From Minisyncoccota bacterium (lineage in GTDB: Bacteria; Patescibacteriota; Minisyncoccia; JAHIHE01; JAGLIN01), in NCBI GenBank assembly GCA_041661265.1, contig JBAZUT010000002.1, positions 12,316-76,315 of the forward strand: a stretch of 64,000 nt of DNA. Reading direction: 5' to 3'. The position numbers and the translations under genes are program-made. How positions within the stretch are numbered: the first letter of the stretch is position 1; each line of letters starts with the position of its first letter. The notes beneath the pieces are model-generated. The model saw nothing but the letters and a program-made list of their open reading frames with translations. It was not told where the DNA came from and made no database searches. Positions 1 to 10,900 of this stretch are shown piece by piece.

Positions 1-530
1 ATCAACCACCTCAACAATACAAAAATAAAAAATATTAAAATAGTTGCGTTGAGTGATGCATGATAATAAAGTGCCGTAAACAAGACCAAAAAAGACCAGA
101 AAAAAGCAACGTAATAATTCTTAAAACCTATATAATTCCTCGTCTTATTTTTAAAATATTCAGAATACATTATACCTGAAAATAGTAACAACAATCCAGC
201 ACTTGAAGAAACAACGTCATTGAAACTTATCAATATAGCCACTGTAACAATGATATAAAATATAATAATAGCTAAAAAATAATTACGATACTTACTTAAG
301 TGCATATTTCTGTTTGGATTTGAAATGTTATCGCTCTCATATTCTTTAATTCGATTATAGAAATATACAGTTTGTGCAATGAGATAAACAGATGTAATAA
401 ATTTAATATCAAAATAAAAGTTGTTTAACATCATAACAGATGCAACAATTCCTACAGCCCCCAACGACAACAAATGCCCGCCATAAACAAATTCGTCACG
501 AAAAAACCTCGAAACATTGATCGTTTTCAT
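1..530 (-). CDS. UbiA-like prenyltransferase / membrane protein, runs off the window edge
   Basis: Own translation from ATG at 530: MKTINVSRFFRDEFVYGGHLLSLGAVG...VYFYNRIKEYESDNISNPNR. Multiple TM segments and a degenerate UbiA Asp-rich motif followed by NPxR. Not in the ORF track because it is truncated. Confidence 0.55.
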   Translation of the reverse strand, partial: MKTINVSRFFRDEFVYGGHLLSLGAVGIVASVMMLNNFYFDIKFITSVYLIAQTVYFYNRIKEYESDNISNPNRNMHLSKYRNYFLAIIIFYIIVTVAILISFNDVVSSSAGLLLLFSGIMYSEYFKNKTRNYIGFKNYYVAFFWSFLVLFTALYYHASLNATILIFFIFVLLRWL

Positions 531-900
531 TTCTTTAATGCTTACAATAAAAAAACCCAAACAAATTGAGTTAAATAAAACACGGTTTCCGAACATCGTT
601 TAAAGATACTCGAATCCTATAATAATTATTGGTTATTTTTTCTGTTTTTAGCATAATTGCGCTTGATTTTGGATCAAATCGTTCTTTTTGTTTTAACTCT
701 ACCATTATAACACAAAATCACGAAAAACAAAATAATTTGATGCTCAGTCGAGGTTCAGTCTCCTTACCCGAGGCCTGACCTTGATTTTAGCTCATTGCAG
801 ATTTAACAAAACAAACTGAAGCTCAAACGCGAACATACTGTGATACATCAATATGTCACAGCGTTGAGTAATCGGAGATGAACCAATCCTATAGAAATCA

Positions 901-945
901 TCCTAAAGCTTCGTTTTAGGAATTTCCTAAAACGAAGCTTTAGGA
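901..945. repeat. Perfect 22-bp inverted repeat with a 1-nt spacer
   Basis: TCCTAAAGCTTCGTTTTAGGAA-T-TTCCTAAAACGAAGCTTTAGGA. Confidence 0.9.
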
Positions 946-1093
946 ATGACTCGGCTGCAAACTCAGACTTTAATGTCTTTCATTTCGATATTATAGAATA
1001 GAATCGTGTAAAAAATGCTGTAATTTATCTGCCTAGAAGACATCCGACGTCTAAAAACATTAACAGAGCTCATCCGAGGTCTCACCTCGACAA

Positions 1094-2824
1094 TTATTGA
1101 GATATATCAAGATATAATATATCGCATGATTTTCTGCCGCAATTTTCTTTGCACTTGGGAACAAGCAGATCTTTTGACATTCCGGTTTCACATGCATTTT
1201 CACAATAATCAGCTTGCTTTTCACAATCTTTCTCCTGTCTTTCTTGATATTGTTTCGCATAGTTTTCAATGTCATCGGAATGTTTCATCAAAGCCATTTC
1301 CGCTTTCATTTTTGAATAATTGAACGATCTCCAATCATTGTGTTTGTTTGCGTCTTCGATCAATTTTACGATCGGCCTATATTCACATTCGGATTTGCCA
1401 TAAGGCGGATATTTGCAGATGTGATTGAAATTAAAATTATATCTTCCATATAGGCTTATGGCGATTTCCTGCTTTGCCTCCTCCTTTGCAGCTGAGTCGA
1501 ATATCTTCACGATCTCAGGGATCGCATCTTGCGATAATGAAGTGATATAATTATAATCGACTTCTTTGCCCAGATCCAATCTCGCCACATTTGTTTTTGC
1601 GATAAACGAATCGGGATTGAGGATGTTGATAAACAGCCACAACCCTGCGGTTATCCAAAACATGCTATGATAAACAAACGCGCGCTTTTTTTCGAAAAAT
1701 ACCCTGGCGAGGAAGACTAGAAAAAGACATAAAATCCAAAACAGAAACATGATGACGATAAACCTCGGAAACGTCAGGCCATACCCGTCGACATAAAGTG
1801 CAAAACGCCTATATGCAGAAAATATGATTATCAGAATTTCAGAAACTATGACGGTCTCGGAGATCTTGAAGACCTTGATCTGCTTTGCGCTTTCCCTCTT
1901 CGCCGATCTTTCCAATGCATAGATCATCAAAAAGGAAACGGCCGAAACCAGAACGAGCTCGAAAAAACCTTTTCTTGCATAACTGGAATATGTGATCGTT
2001 TCGGTCAATCCCCAGACATAATCCCTGCCTCCGAAAAGATAAAAGAACTGGAAAATGATAAAAGCCAGAAAAAGCGCCTCCACAAGCGTCAGCACTGTCA
2101 GAGATTCAATAAAGCCCAGAGTCCTGTTTTCTTTTTCCTCCGCAGACAAGCTCTCGCTTTTTTCACCTGTGGCTATTCTCGCAAATACTCCTGCGAAAAA
2201 ACACGCTGCGACAAAAACAATAAGCAAGTGGAGAATTGACGTCAGATCAAGATCCACCCGTCCTATTTTCGACATATATGCCTGGATCACCGCATCAGAA
2301 GAATAAAGCAGCCATCCCAATATGACGAGGAACGGGATTGCGATCACGATGCCGCGAAAAATCCCAAAAAAACGGTTCGATCCGCGTTTGTTCTCTTTGT
2401 TCATGAATAGGAAATTCTTGGCAACATATTTTTCCGCTGCAACAAACGATCCCAGGATAGAAAACAACGGAAACAAAATATAATCCAATAATTTGAAATT
2501 ACTGAACCCGCTTTTGAAAAATATCGCAAACAGCAGAGAAAAGAGATAAAGAACTGCGGCAACATCAAAAAGAATCAAAAATCCGCTCAATCTCGAAATT
2601 ATTGCGAAAGAAAACAGTATAATAAAGCTTACGATCAGTATCCGGTTCATTTCCGGCTTTATCTTGAATTCGAAAACCAGGACCAACAAGGAAAAGATCA
2701 CTGCCAGATTGAAAATAAAGAATGCTATCCCGCTCGTTTTTTTAAATAACAGATAATCTGTGAGAATCCCCAAAGCTAAAGCAAGGATCGCGATGAGAAC
2801 AGCTTTGTATTTTTCGCTTGGCAT
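1094..2824 (-). CDS. DUF4153/DUF4173-family polytopic membrane protein
   Basis: 576 aa, many TM helices. Motifs LLYSSDAV, YSSYARKGFFEL, RFALYVDGYGLTFPR, NPDSFIAKTN, YITSLSQDAIP. Confidence 0.8.
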   Translation of the reverse strand: MPSEKYKAVLIAILALALGILTDYLLFKKTSGIAFFIFNLAVIFSLLVLVFEFKIKPEMNRILIVSFIILFSFAIISRLSGFLILFDVAAVLYLFSLLFAIFFKSGFSNFKLLDYILFPLFSILGSFVAAEKYVAKNFLFMNKENKRGSNRFFGIFRGIVIAIPFLVILGWLLYSSDAVIQAYMSKIGRVDLDLTSILHLLIVFVAACFFAGVFARIATGEKSESLSAEEKENRTLGFIESLTVLTLVEALFLAFIIFQFFYLFGGRDYVWGLTETITYSSYARKGFFELVLVSAVSFLMIYALERSAKRESAKQIKVFKISETVIVSEILIIIFSAYRRFALYVDGYGLTFPRFIVIMFLFWILCLFLVFLARVFFEKKRAFVYHSMFWITAGLWLFINILNPDSFIAKTNVARLDLGKEVDYNYITSLSQDAIPEIVKIFDSAAKEEAKQEIAISLYGRYNFNFNHICKYPPYGKSECEYRPIVKLIEDANKHNDWRSFNYSKMKAEMALMKHSDDIENYAKQYQERQEKDCEKQADYCENACETGMSKDLLVPKCKENCGRKSCDILYLDISQ

Positions 2825-2940
2825 ATGATTATCGTTATAAGTTAAACCCGTGTATTACATTCTAGCACAAGACGCACATTTCTCAAGTAAGTTGCCGCTG
2901 ACAGCCCGCCTCGATCTCTGCGTCATATGGTCATCAGCAT

Positions 2941-2972
2941 AAAAACACCCTATCCGTGGACAGGGTGTTTTT
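2941..2972. terminator. Bidirectional intrinsic terminator after rpsG
   Basis: AAAAACACCCT-loop-AGGGTGTTTTT. Confidence 0.75.
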
Positions 2973-2992
2973 ATAATATTCCGAAATTGATA

Positions 2993-3460
2993 TTATGCAA
3001 AGTGTGCAAATGCTCTGTTCGCTTCGGCCATCTTCTGCACATCGTCTCTTTTCTTCATTGCAGAACCTGTGCCGTTCATGATCTCAAGCATTTCTTCGGC
3101 GATCTTTTTTGCCATAGGCTTTCCTTTTCTTGCATCGGCCGCGGTCACGATCCATCTGAATGCGAGCTGGATCCTTCTGTCTCCCCTGACTTCCATCGGA
3201 ACCTGATATGTTGCGCCTCCGATCCTTTTCGATTTCACTTCAAGTATCGGAGCGACTTTGTTGATCGCGCTCTCAAATGTCTCAAGGGGTTCTTTTTTCG
3301 TCTTTTCCTTGATCGCTTCAAGGCATCCATAGACCACCCTTGTGGCAATGCTCTTTTTGCCTTCTTTGGTGATATAGTTGATGAGCCTGGAGACCAGCAT
3401 GCTGTTATATTTTGAATCAGGCCTTATGCCTCTGTCTATTCTTTTTTTTCTTCGTCCCAT
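2993..3460 (-). CDS. rpsG: 30S ribosomal protein S7
   Basis: EVKSKRIGGATYQVP and KMAEANRAFAH motifs. Confidence 0.98.
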   Translation of the reverse strand: MGRRKKRIDRGIRPDSKYNSMLVSRLINYITKEGKKSIATRVVYGCLEAIKEKTKKEPLETFESAINKVAPILEVKSKRIGGATYQVPMEVRGDRRIQLAFRWIVTAADARKGKPMAKKIAEEMLEIMNGTGSAMKKRDDVQKMAEANRAFAHFA

Positions 3461-3490
3461 AGTTTTTAAAGTTTAGAAATTGATTTTAAA

Positions 3491-3910
3491 TTATTGTTTG
3501 GGCTTCTTCATGCCGTACTTGCTTCTTTCCTGTCTTCTTCCTTCAACGCCGGTCGCATCCAGAACGCCTCGGACGATGTGATATCTCACGCCCGGAAGAT
3601 CTTTCACTCTTCCGCCCCTGATCACAACCACAGAGTGTTCCTGGAGGGTGTGTCCGATTCCCGGAATGTAGGCGGTAACCTCGACGCCATTCGTAAGCTT
3701 AACCCTTGCGATCTTTCGGAGGGCCGAATTCGGTTTCTTCGGGGTCATTGTTCCAACCTTCACGCAAACGCCTCGTTTGAAAGGATTGCCTTTCTTGCTG
3801 ATCGAAGGTTTGTTCTGTATATAATTAAAATTCTTCTGTAGCGCCGGAGTCTTTGATTTTCTGCGCACTTTCTTCCTCGGATGCCTAATCAATTGTTGTA
3901 TTGTTGACAT
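3491..3910 (-). CDS. rpsL: 30S ribosomal protein S12
   Basis: [10 protein letters not shown] and [13 protein letters not shown] motifs. Confidence 0.99.
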   Translation of the reverse strand: MSTIQQLIRHPRKKVRRKSKTPALQKNFNYIQNKPSISKKGNPFKRGVCVKVGTMTPKKPNSALRKIARVKLTNGVEVTAYIPGIGHTLQEHSVVVIRGGRVKDLPGVRYHIVRGVLDATGVEGRRQERSKYGMKKPKQ

Positions 3911-4102
3911 TTGATCTTGAATTAAATTTATTTAAGCTTATCCCAAAAATCGATTTTAAGTCAGAATGGATTTTCCGGATAGGTTCCGCATAAAGCATTT
4001 AAAATAACACAAAAGCAATATCGCTTTGTGGTATATTTGCCAAATTATGCTGTAATTACTACAGAATCAGCTTACCAAAGAATACCGATTATGTCAAGAA
4101 TC

Positions 4103-4762
4103 CTATGAACTCAGAATTACGAATAGAAGATCATGGCTTCCGGTGACAAACGCAAACAAATAAACCAACATGGGGACCACGATATAGTCAAACCCGAACA
4201 AGATGAAGGCGAAGAGAAGCAGCACATAATTTCTCTCCAGAAACTCCCTCACTTCATGCATTGAATATGGCATCAAATGAAAAAGTATTTTCGAACCGTC
4301 AAGAGGAGGGATGGGCATGAGATTAAAAAGCGCGAGAAGAATGTTATAGAGCACTATCACGCCGAAAAGCATCACGAACTTGTCATTGACCGCCGCGCCT
4401 TGAAGCAGGAATATCTTTATCACTATCCCGAAAATGAGGGCGATCAGAAGATTCGAACCGGGCCCCGCAAGCCCCACCAGCGCCGGACCGTTTTTCTGGT
4501 CTTTCAGGTTGTATGGATTATATGGAACCGGCTTCGCCCACCCCACCATAAAGCCCGTAGTGGCAAGAAGCAAGATGGGAACAACGACCGAACCCATCGG
4601 ATCAAGATGCGCGAGCGGGTTCAGGGTGAGCCTGCCCATATATCTGGCAGTCGGATCCCCAAGTTTGTCCGCCATCCAGCCATGCGCATATTCATGGATC
4701 ACTGCGGAAAAAATAAGCACGATTATTGAAAATATCTGAAGAGTCTCATTCATACTTGCCAA
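4103..4762 (-). CDS. Site-2 protease (peptidase M50)
   Basis: HEYAH zinc motif, GDPTA, LAGP, FNLMPIPPLDG. Confidence 0.93.
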   Translation of the reverse strand: MASMNETLQIFSIIVLIFSAVIHEYAHGWMADKLGDPTARYMGRLTLNPLAHLDPMGSVVVPILLLATTGFMVGWAKPVPYNPYNLKDQKNGPALVGLAGPGSNLLIALIFGIVIKIFLLQGAAVNDKFVMLFGVIVLYNILLALFNLMPIPPLDGSKILFHLMPYSMHEVREFLERNYVLLLFAFILFGFDYIVVPMLVYLFAFVTGSHDLLFVILSS

Positions 4763-5074
4763 AATTAATTATTTAGTATAATATACATACGTTGTTAACA
4801 AACTATTTTAATTATCACCTATATGAGCAGAGCATGTCAAGTTTGCGGCCGGGGCACAAGATCCAGCCAGTCAAGAAGCCATTCGAATATCGCAACAAAG
4901 AGAAAGCAATTCATCAATGTCCAAAAAAGAAGCATCGATGGCGAAACGATCAAGATCTGCACGAAATGCCTGAAAACAAAGTCAAAGAACAAGCTGCAAT
5001 AAATATTTCGGTTTTAACATTGCATAAAAAACAGGTTGAATAGGCCTGCTTTTTTATTGACGACTTTATTGCCG

Positions 5075-5347
5075 CTATTTTTTGCCGAAATGTCTTTCAG
5101 CCTCATCCTCCATCTTCTCCAGACGCGTATAATAGTCCGGATATTCATTGAGATGAGCAAGCGCTATCTTCCCTGTCAGGACCGGGTCATCATCTGTGAC
5201 ATTGGTGCTCGGATCGACAAGGCCGTGTTCAAGCTCGACATCCATGCCCATTCTGAATTGCTCGACGTCGAACTTATCCCATTTTATCCCGATGGACCTC
5301 CCCACTCTTTCCGCCTCGTCAATAGAGAAATGTTTCTTCTCGCTCAT
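5075..5347 (-). CDS. DUF5661-like small protein
   Basis: GMDVELEHG...KIALAHLNEYPDYYTRLEKME. Confidence 0.75.
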   Translation of the reverse strand: MSEKKHFSIDEAERVGRSIGIKWDKFDVEQFRMGMDVELEHGLVDPSTNVTDDDPVLTGKIALAHLNEYPDYYTRLEKMEDEAERHFGKK

Positions 5348-5484
5348 GATTTTGTATTAATTGCTAAATATTCTGAAATATGAACTGCATCAAGGCCTAT
5401 CATTCTATCTGCGGGCAGTTATATCTTCTAGTACAAAGCGACCGGCATATTAATTGCATCAAGTTGGATCATAGATATATCCCT

Positions 5485-5757
5485 TCACCCCGGCTGAAGG
5501 TCTTTTGCGTCTTTGACGTCCGATTCGGATTCAGAAGCATCCGGAATTGTTTCGATATATGAACTTGCATCGGTCGTGTTTCCATTTTCACCTCCCACAA
5601 TGACATCACTTGAGTCCGGATCATCATTTCTGCCATTTGTGATATCCACGCTCTCCGGCGACAACACGACATCCGTCTGCGTCATCCAAAAGCCTATGCA
5701 AACCGCAAAAGCGACCACAACCATAATAAAAACAAAAATGATCCTTTTTATCGACAT
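5485..5757 (-). CDS. Small membrane-anchored acidic protein
   Basis: N-terminal TM helix followed by a D/S/E-rich tail. Confidence 0.55.
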   Translation of the reverse strand: MSIKRIIFVFIMVVVAFAVCIGFWMTQTDVVLSPESVDITNGRNDDPDSSDVIVGGENGNTTDASSYIETIPDASESESDVKDAKDLQPG

Positions 5758-6283
5758 GCGTTTAATTAGTTTCTGTTGAAATGGTGGTATAATATGTCAT
5801 TGCGAGGATCCGTCAGCTGACGGAGACGAAGCAATCCCAAAACCAAGCCAAAAAAACTGTATAATAAAATATAATTTGAATAGTATAGGGATTGCCACGG
5901 TTCTACTGAGCATCGCAATACCCGAAATCGCTACTATTTCATCGGGAACTAATTATGATCAGTGAACGCTTATAATCCCTTATGTATATTATATCACGCT
6001 TTCCGGTTTATTATTAATATCGATATCCACCGGCAATTCCTCTCTTGCCCTCCCCACGTATGCGGGGAGAGGGGCAAGGCGTGCGTCAATTTGCATTGAA
6101 TCTGTAGGGGCTGAAAATTTTCAGCTCCTATATATAGATTCCCCTCTTGAGAGGGGTGGGGGGTGGGGGGTGTGTGAATTATATATATCAGACAATTACA
6201 TATATCACTATCATAATTCATATTATCATAGTGCTCGAATTGTCTTACCTCAAAATAAAAAGAGGAATAATTATCTTTTAAAA

Positions 6284-7284
6284 CGGGGTAAAGTCTTAAC
6301 ATTACACATTCCTGCAATAGTGTTCGATCTTCTCTAGCAATCTTTTAATATCCTTATCTTTTTGAGCCTCTTTGTTTAATCTACTAACCATCACGGCAAC
6401 AGCAGAGTAAGAAGGGCTTCCCAGAATCTCCCCTATCTCCTTAAGTCTTAGAGATGAATAACGCTTAAGCGCATAGGCAGTAAGTTTCTTCCTCATTTTT
6501 GTGTCCTGCGTAAGTTTTTCAAGATAATATTGCAATTCATTAAGTGAGAGCTGCTTTTGCGCTTTGGCAAGGCTTGGAATCTCGTGGTCTTTCTTTCCTC
6601 TAAGATAAGTCTCTTGGATATGGGAAATAAATTTGGAAGTTCCTAGGATAAATCCCTGGTAAGATTCTTTTTCCGGTGTCCACTCCTGGGCTAGGCCCTG
6701 CAGAGTAAAATGCTTAAATGATTTAATGGCCTTGGCTGAAGATTTATCAAATTGGGATAAAAGCCATTTGTTGTTTAAAAATTCAGGAACCTTCGCCTTC
6801 TTAATAAAGGACGCATAACTGGACCATCGATAACTTTCAGGCTTTTCCACTATTTTAGCCCTGACTGGATTTAGATGGATATATCTGGAAAGCTCCAAAG
6901 AGTAGCTATCCTTATCAACCACAACGGCTTTATACCGCCCCTGCATTAAGGGGCCCGCTCTATGATATCTATGATTGAAGGTTTGTGTATAAATACCATT
7001 TATTTGCCTCATGATCTTTGAAAGATTTGCGTAGGGGGTTTCCGCATACAAATGATAATGGTTAGGCATGAGGCAATAGCTATGGACAATTAAGCCATAT
7101 TTTAGATGCATTTGATCCAACAGGGAAAGAAAATACTGATAATCTTTTGGAGATTTAAAAATTTCCCGACGTTCCAGTCCTCGGTTGATTATGTGATAAA
7201 ATGCTCCTGGATATTCTATTCTAAGTGGTCTTGACATATTTCAATCTTAACAAATATCTTGTCGAATGTTAAGACTTGACCCCG
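6284..7284 (-). mobile_element. Y1/RAYT-like transposase element bounded by 20-bp inverted repeats
   Basis: CGGGGTAAAGTCTTAACATT (6284-6303) and AATGTTAAGACTTGACCCCG (7265-7284), 1 mismatch. Confidence 0.75.
6302..7237 (-). CDS. HUH Y1 transposase (REP-associated type) with C-terminal HTH
   Basis: MSRPLRIEYPGAFYHIINRG, YCLMPNHYH (HUH), YIHLNPVRA, YRWSSY. Confidence 0.92.
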   Translation of the reverse strand: MSRPLRIEYPGAFYHIINRGLERREIFKSPKDYQYFLSLLDQMHLKYGLIVHSYCLMPNHYHLYAETPYANLSKIMRQINGIYTQTFNHRYHRAGPLMQGRYKAVVVDKDSYSLELSRYIHLNPVRAKIVEKPESYRWSSYASFIKKAKVPEFLNNKWLLSQFDKSSAKAIKSFKHFTLQGLAQEWTPEKESYQGFILGTSKFISHIQETYLRGKKDHEIPSLAKAQKQLSLNELQYYLEKLTQDTKMRKKLTAYALKRYSSLRLKEIGEILGSPSYSAVAVMVSRLNKEAQKDKDIKRLLEKIEHYCRNV

Positions 7285-7499
7285 TGAGTACTATTTTCTA
7301 CAGAGCATACCTGACACCTTTTCTTTCGCCTGAAACGGACAAAAGATTCCCATTGTCATCATAAGCATAATTTGCTGAACCGAAGTGCCGTCAACACTTA
7401 ACTATTCGCCTATTCCCTCCACCGGCGGGCAGGCGCGCGAATTAGAGATGGGTGTCTTGTTCAATGTCTCTGACTTGAACCAACCTGAGTCAATATGGT

Positions 7500-7931
7500 T
7501 TATTTAGAACACAAATATTTCGCATTCACTTCTTCCAAATCTTTAAGTAATTGGTCAAAGTTTATATCTAACTTTTTCTTTTCTAATTTTTTTCTGACAT
7601 CAAGAACAGCCTGTTTTGTAGTGTCGGCCAAAAGCTGTTTTTTCTGCTGATCCGACAAAGCAAGAAAATCTTCAGCCTTAACCCTAACGACCACACCGAT
7701 ATCGTTATTTTTTTTTGAATAATTTAAAACTTCTGGTTTAATTTCCTCATATTTACGAAATTTTCCAGAAATCCTATACCTAATGAGCAAAAGCTCTAAT
7801 CCCTTGCCATAATGCTTATTTCTTATATATTTTTTAATATATATATTTTTATATTCATCTATATACTTATCAAATATATTTCCAATTTCTGGACCCCATG
7901 TTTCAATAAAATATCCGATCATATTTAGCAA
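7500..7931 (-). CDS. Probable immunity protein for the RHS toxin (Imm12/Imm44-like)
   Basis: Small low-GC gene 8 nt downstream of the toxin. The family assignment is from recall only. Confidence 0.65.
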   Translation of the reverse strand: MLNMIGYFIETWGPEIGNIFDKYIDEYKNIYIKKYIRNKHYGKGLELLLIRYRISGKFRKYEEIKPEVLNYSKKNNDIGVVVRVKAEDFLALSDQQKKQLLADTTKQAVLDVRKKLEKKKLDINFDQLLKDLEEVNAKYLCSK

Positions 7932-7939
7932 ATTAATAT

Positions 7940-10900
7940 TTAATGATTATTTTTTTGAAGTGGACCTCTTGGATTGTTTTTAATTATACTTGCCTCTTTT
8001 TGATACATTTCACGCCTACTTCCACTCCCTAAAACCTTCATGCTCTTATCTTCCATAAATTTATTCGTATATCTTTTTAAGGGATCTTCTTTTGAAGTTA
8101 TTCCGTACTTTAAATGACTCCCTTTGTTATCAAACAGCTCATACAGAAAAGTATTTTTAGGACTATCCAAACTGTTCCCATGGATCTTTTTAGTTTGACC
8201 TACAAATGTTTTTCCTATGTCATCCATTTTGCCAATAATTGGTTTTGAGATATTTGCAACCTCATCAACATTTTTCACCGCCTTCAATCCCAAAATCGGT
8301 ACGCCAGGAATTGCTGTTCCAGCAGCATCCATGGCAATATCACTGCGAAGATTATCCATACCTTGCACACCTTGAGATAGTTGAGCATCTCCTGCATTGA
8401 TTAACCTTTGATTATTCATTGCAGTACCGATACCGATGTTTACCGCACCTGCAGCTGCAACCATCATTCTTTCGCCATATCGGACAGTATCATAATAAGT
8501 CGTTGCCGCATCAATCACTGTGTCCCAGAATTGTCCGCTTTCATCGATATTTACGAGAGGATTATTCCTTGCGTAAGCATAGCTGTTCCAGCTTTGAGGA
8601 TCAACAAGCTGAATTTTGAGTTGAGATAAATTCAAGAATGCTGGATCTTGTGACACAAACTTCCCAATCCTCCCATTGTAATACCTCGCATTCATGTAAG
8701 AAAGCCCGGTGTCGGTATCATATTCATGGCCTGCATACTTTCGTTGTTCGTTGAATGAGCTTGCTTTCTCATCCAGACGTATATCGCCATAGGGATAATA
8801 ATCCATCGATTCTTCCACTGTTCCGCTGCTGTTTGTGACAATGTTTGAGCCTGTGAGATGATCCGTGGAAACTGAATAGACTTGTGCGCTTGCTCCTGTC
8901 CCTTTAATTGTAGCAACAAGCTGTCCTCCTGCAAAGACATGCTTGGTCGGCGTGCCGTCGGTGTTGTAATACCTGCTCGGATAAACCGTTGTGCTAGAGC
9001 CTGTTGCATATTTCACTCTCTGACCGGAAGCATCATATCCATACGTTACAGTCGTGGCTCCAACCACCGATTGCGTTATGCGGTTGCTATAGTCCCAAGT
9101 GTTGGTTAATCCGCCTGAAGCGGTCAAAAGATTCCCATTGTCATCATAAGCGTAATTTGCTGAACCCATGGAAGTAACAGCGTGAGGATTCGCTTTCCCC
9201 GTTTGAGAATAAGCATAATTTCCTTGGTCGGATTTGTTCGTGATGTTTCCAATGGCGTCATAAACATAGGTTTCCGTATAATTCTGGCTGCCGGAAGCCC
9301 CCGGTGAATTATATAAATCAAGAATCTCCTGGGAAGACAGGGTCCGGTTATAGATCCGCACCTCGTCCAGTTTCCCGTCGATATTGTTTCCGCTTCCGGG
9401 AACGATCGCGCCCATTCTCATCGGAGCGGTATTGTCATAAGTTGAAGTGGCATTGCCTCCGTAAGTTCCGGAAACTTCCTGGCCGTTTACATACAAACTT
9501 ACGTCGTTCAGGCCGCGCACGACTGCGGCGATGTGATACCAGGAACCGGTTGAAATCACTCCTCCGACGGAATCTTTTCCGGCAAGATTTGTACCATCGG
9601 CAAAAAATCCTCTCAGCGCGCCGTTGGGAAGGATCATCATGGCATAGGCCATCGTTTCCCAGCTTGTGTTCCACTTGCCAATAATGCCCCTGTTGCCGCT
9701 TAACGAATCTGGATTCACCCAGGCGCTCATGGTAATGGGTAGTGAAGGACTGAGGCTCAAAGAGTCGGAAACAATGATCTCATCATCTCCTCCGTCCAGA
9801 TCAAGCGCGTTGCCGGAAATCCCCGAAACCCAATTGGCATTCGTCATTCCGCCGGAAAGAGTGCCACTGTTTCCGTTTCCACTGGAATCACTCGCGACCT
9901 GGCCGGAACTTTCGTTGAAATTCCAGTAACCGGCGATACCGACATCACTTTGCGTGACACCTGTGGCGGTTGCAGAAAGCAATCGATTCAAGGAGTCATA
10001 GATGTAATCCGTGGTTTTCTTGGAATTCGTGGCGGAATTGTCGACAATTCTGGTAATGTTACCGTTCGCGTCATAAGCATACGCAAGGTCTTGTCCATGA
10101 CCTCCGCCTGCGATCGTCGTGACTTTCGAACTTAAGCGATAGAGCTTCATTGCATCATAGGTGTTCGTCGTGGAAACGCCGTTAGCATAAGTTTGAGTTG
10201 TGACTTTGCCCAATGGCGAATAATCGTAATTTGTTACCAGATCGGTGAAATTCGAGGACACAGATCCGCTCGGTTTCTGATAGAGCGCGAGAATTTCCGC
10301 ATCGGTCAGGACTTTGTTATATACCCTCGCTTCGTCTATTTTTCCATTGAAATAATCCTGGTAGTAGTTGCTCGTTCCGACAAGGGTTTTCACGGCCGGA
10401 TTATTTAAAGTGACATTATATATTCTGGATTGGATCAATACGCCGTTTGCATACAGCTTGTGTTCCTTGGTCGCATCATTGAATACGCCGACAAGGTGAG
10501 TCCAGGTTGATGTTGATAAAACATCATACGCCACAACATAATTCCCTCCACTTCCTCCATTAATAAAGAACGCGACATCATTACTGCCTTTCCACATGCT
10601 GTATTGGATTCCGGAAGGAGAATACCGGCTGATGACGTGTCCGCCGGATGTCAGCTCTGCGGGATTGATCCAAACCGAGACCGTTATCCCCTGGCCTGCG
10701 GGAACGTTTTCCATAATTCCCATATCAATCCTTTCATTTATTCCGTCAAAATTTAGAGCTGTTCCATTCACACCCTGCACCCAGTCGGAGCTCTCCATGT
10801 TTTCCAATGTCCCATTGTGGCCGCTTCCACTTGAATCACCCGCGGAGATTCCTGTTCCTTCATTGAAATTCCAAAAGCCGACGAGATCCGTGTTTGAAGG

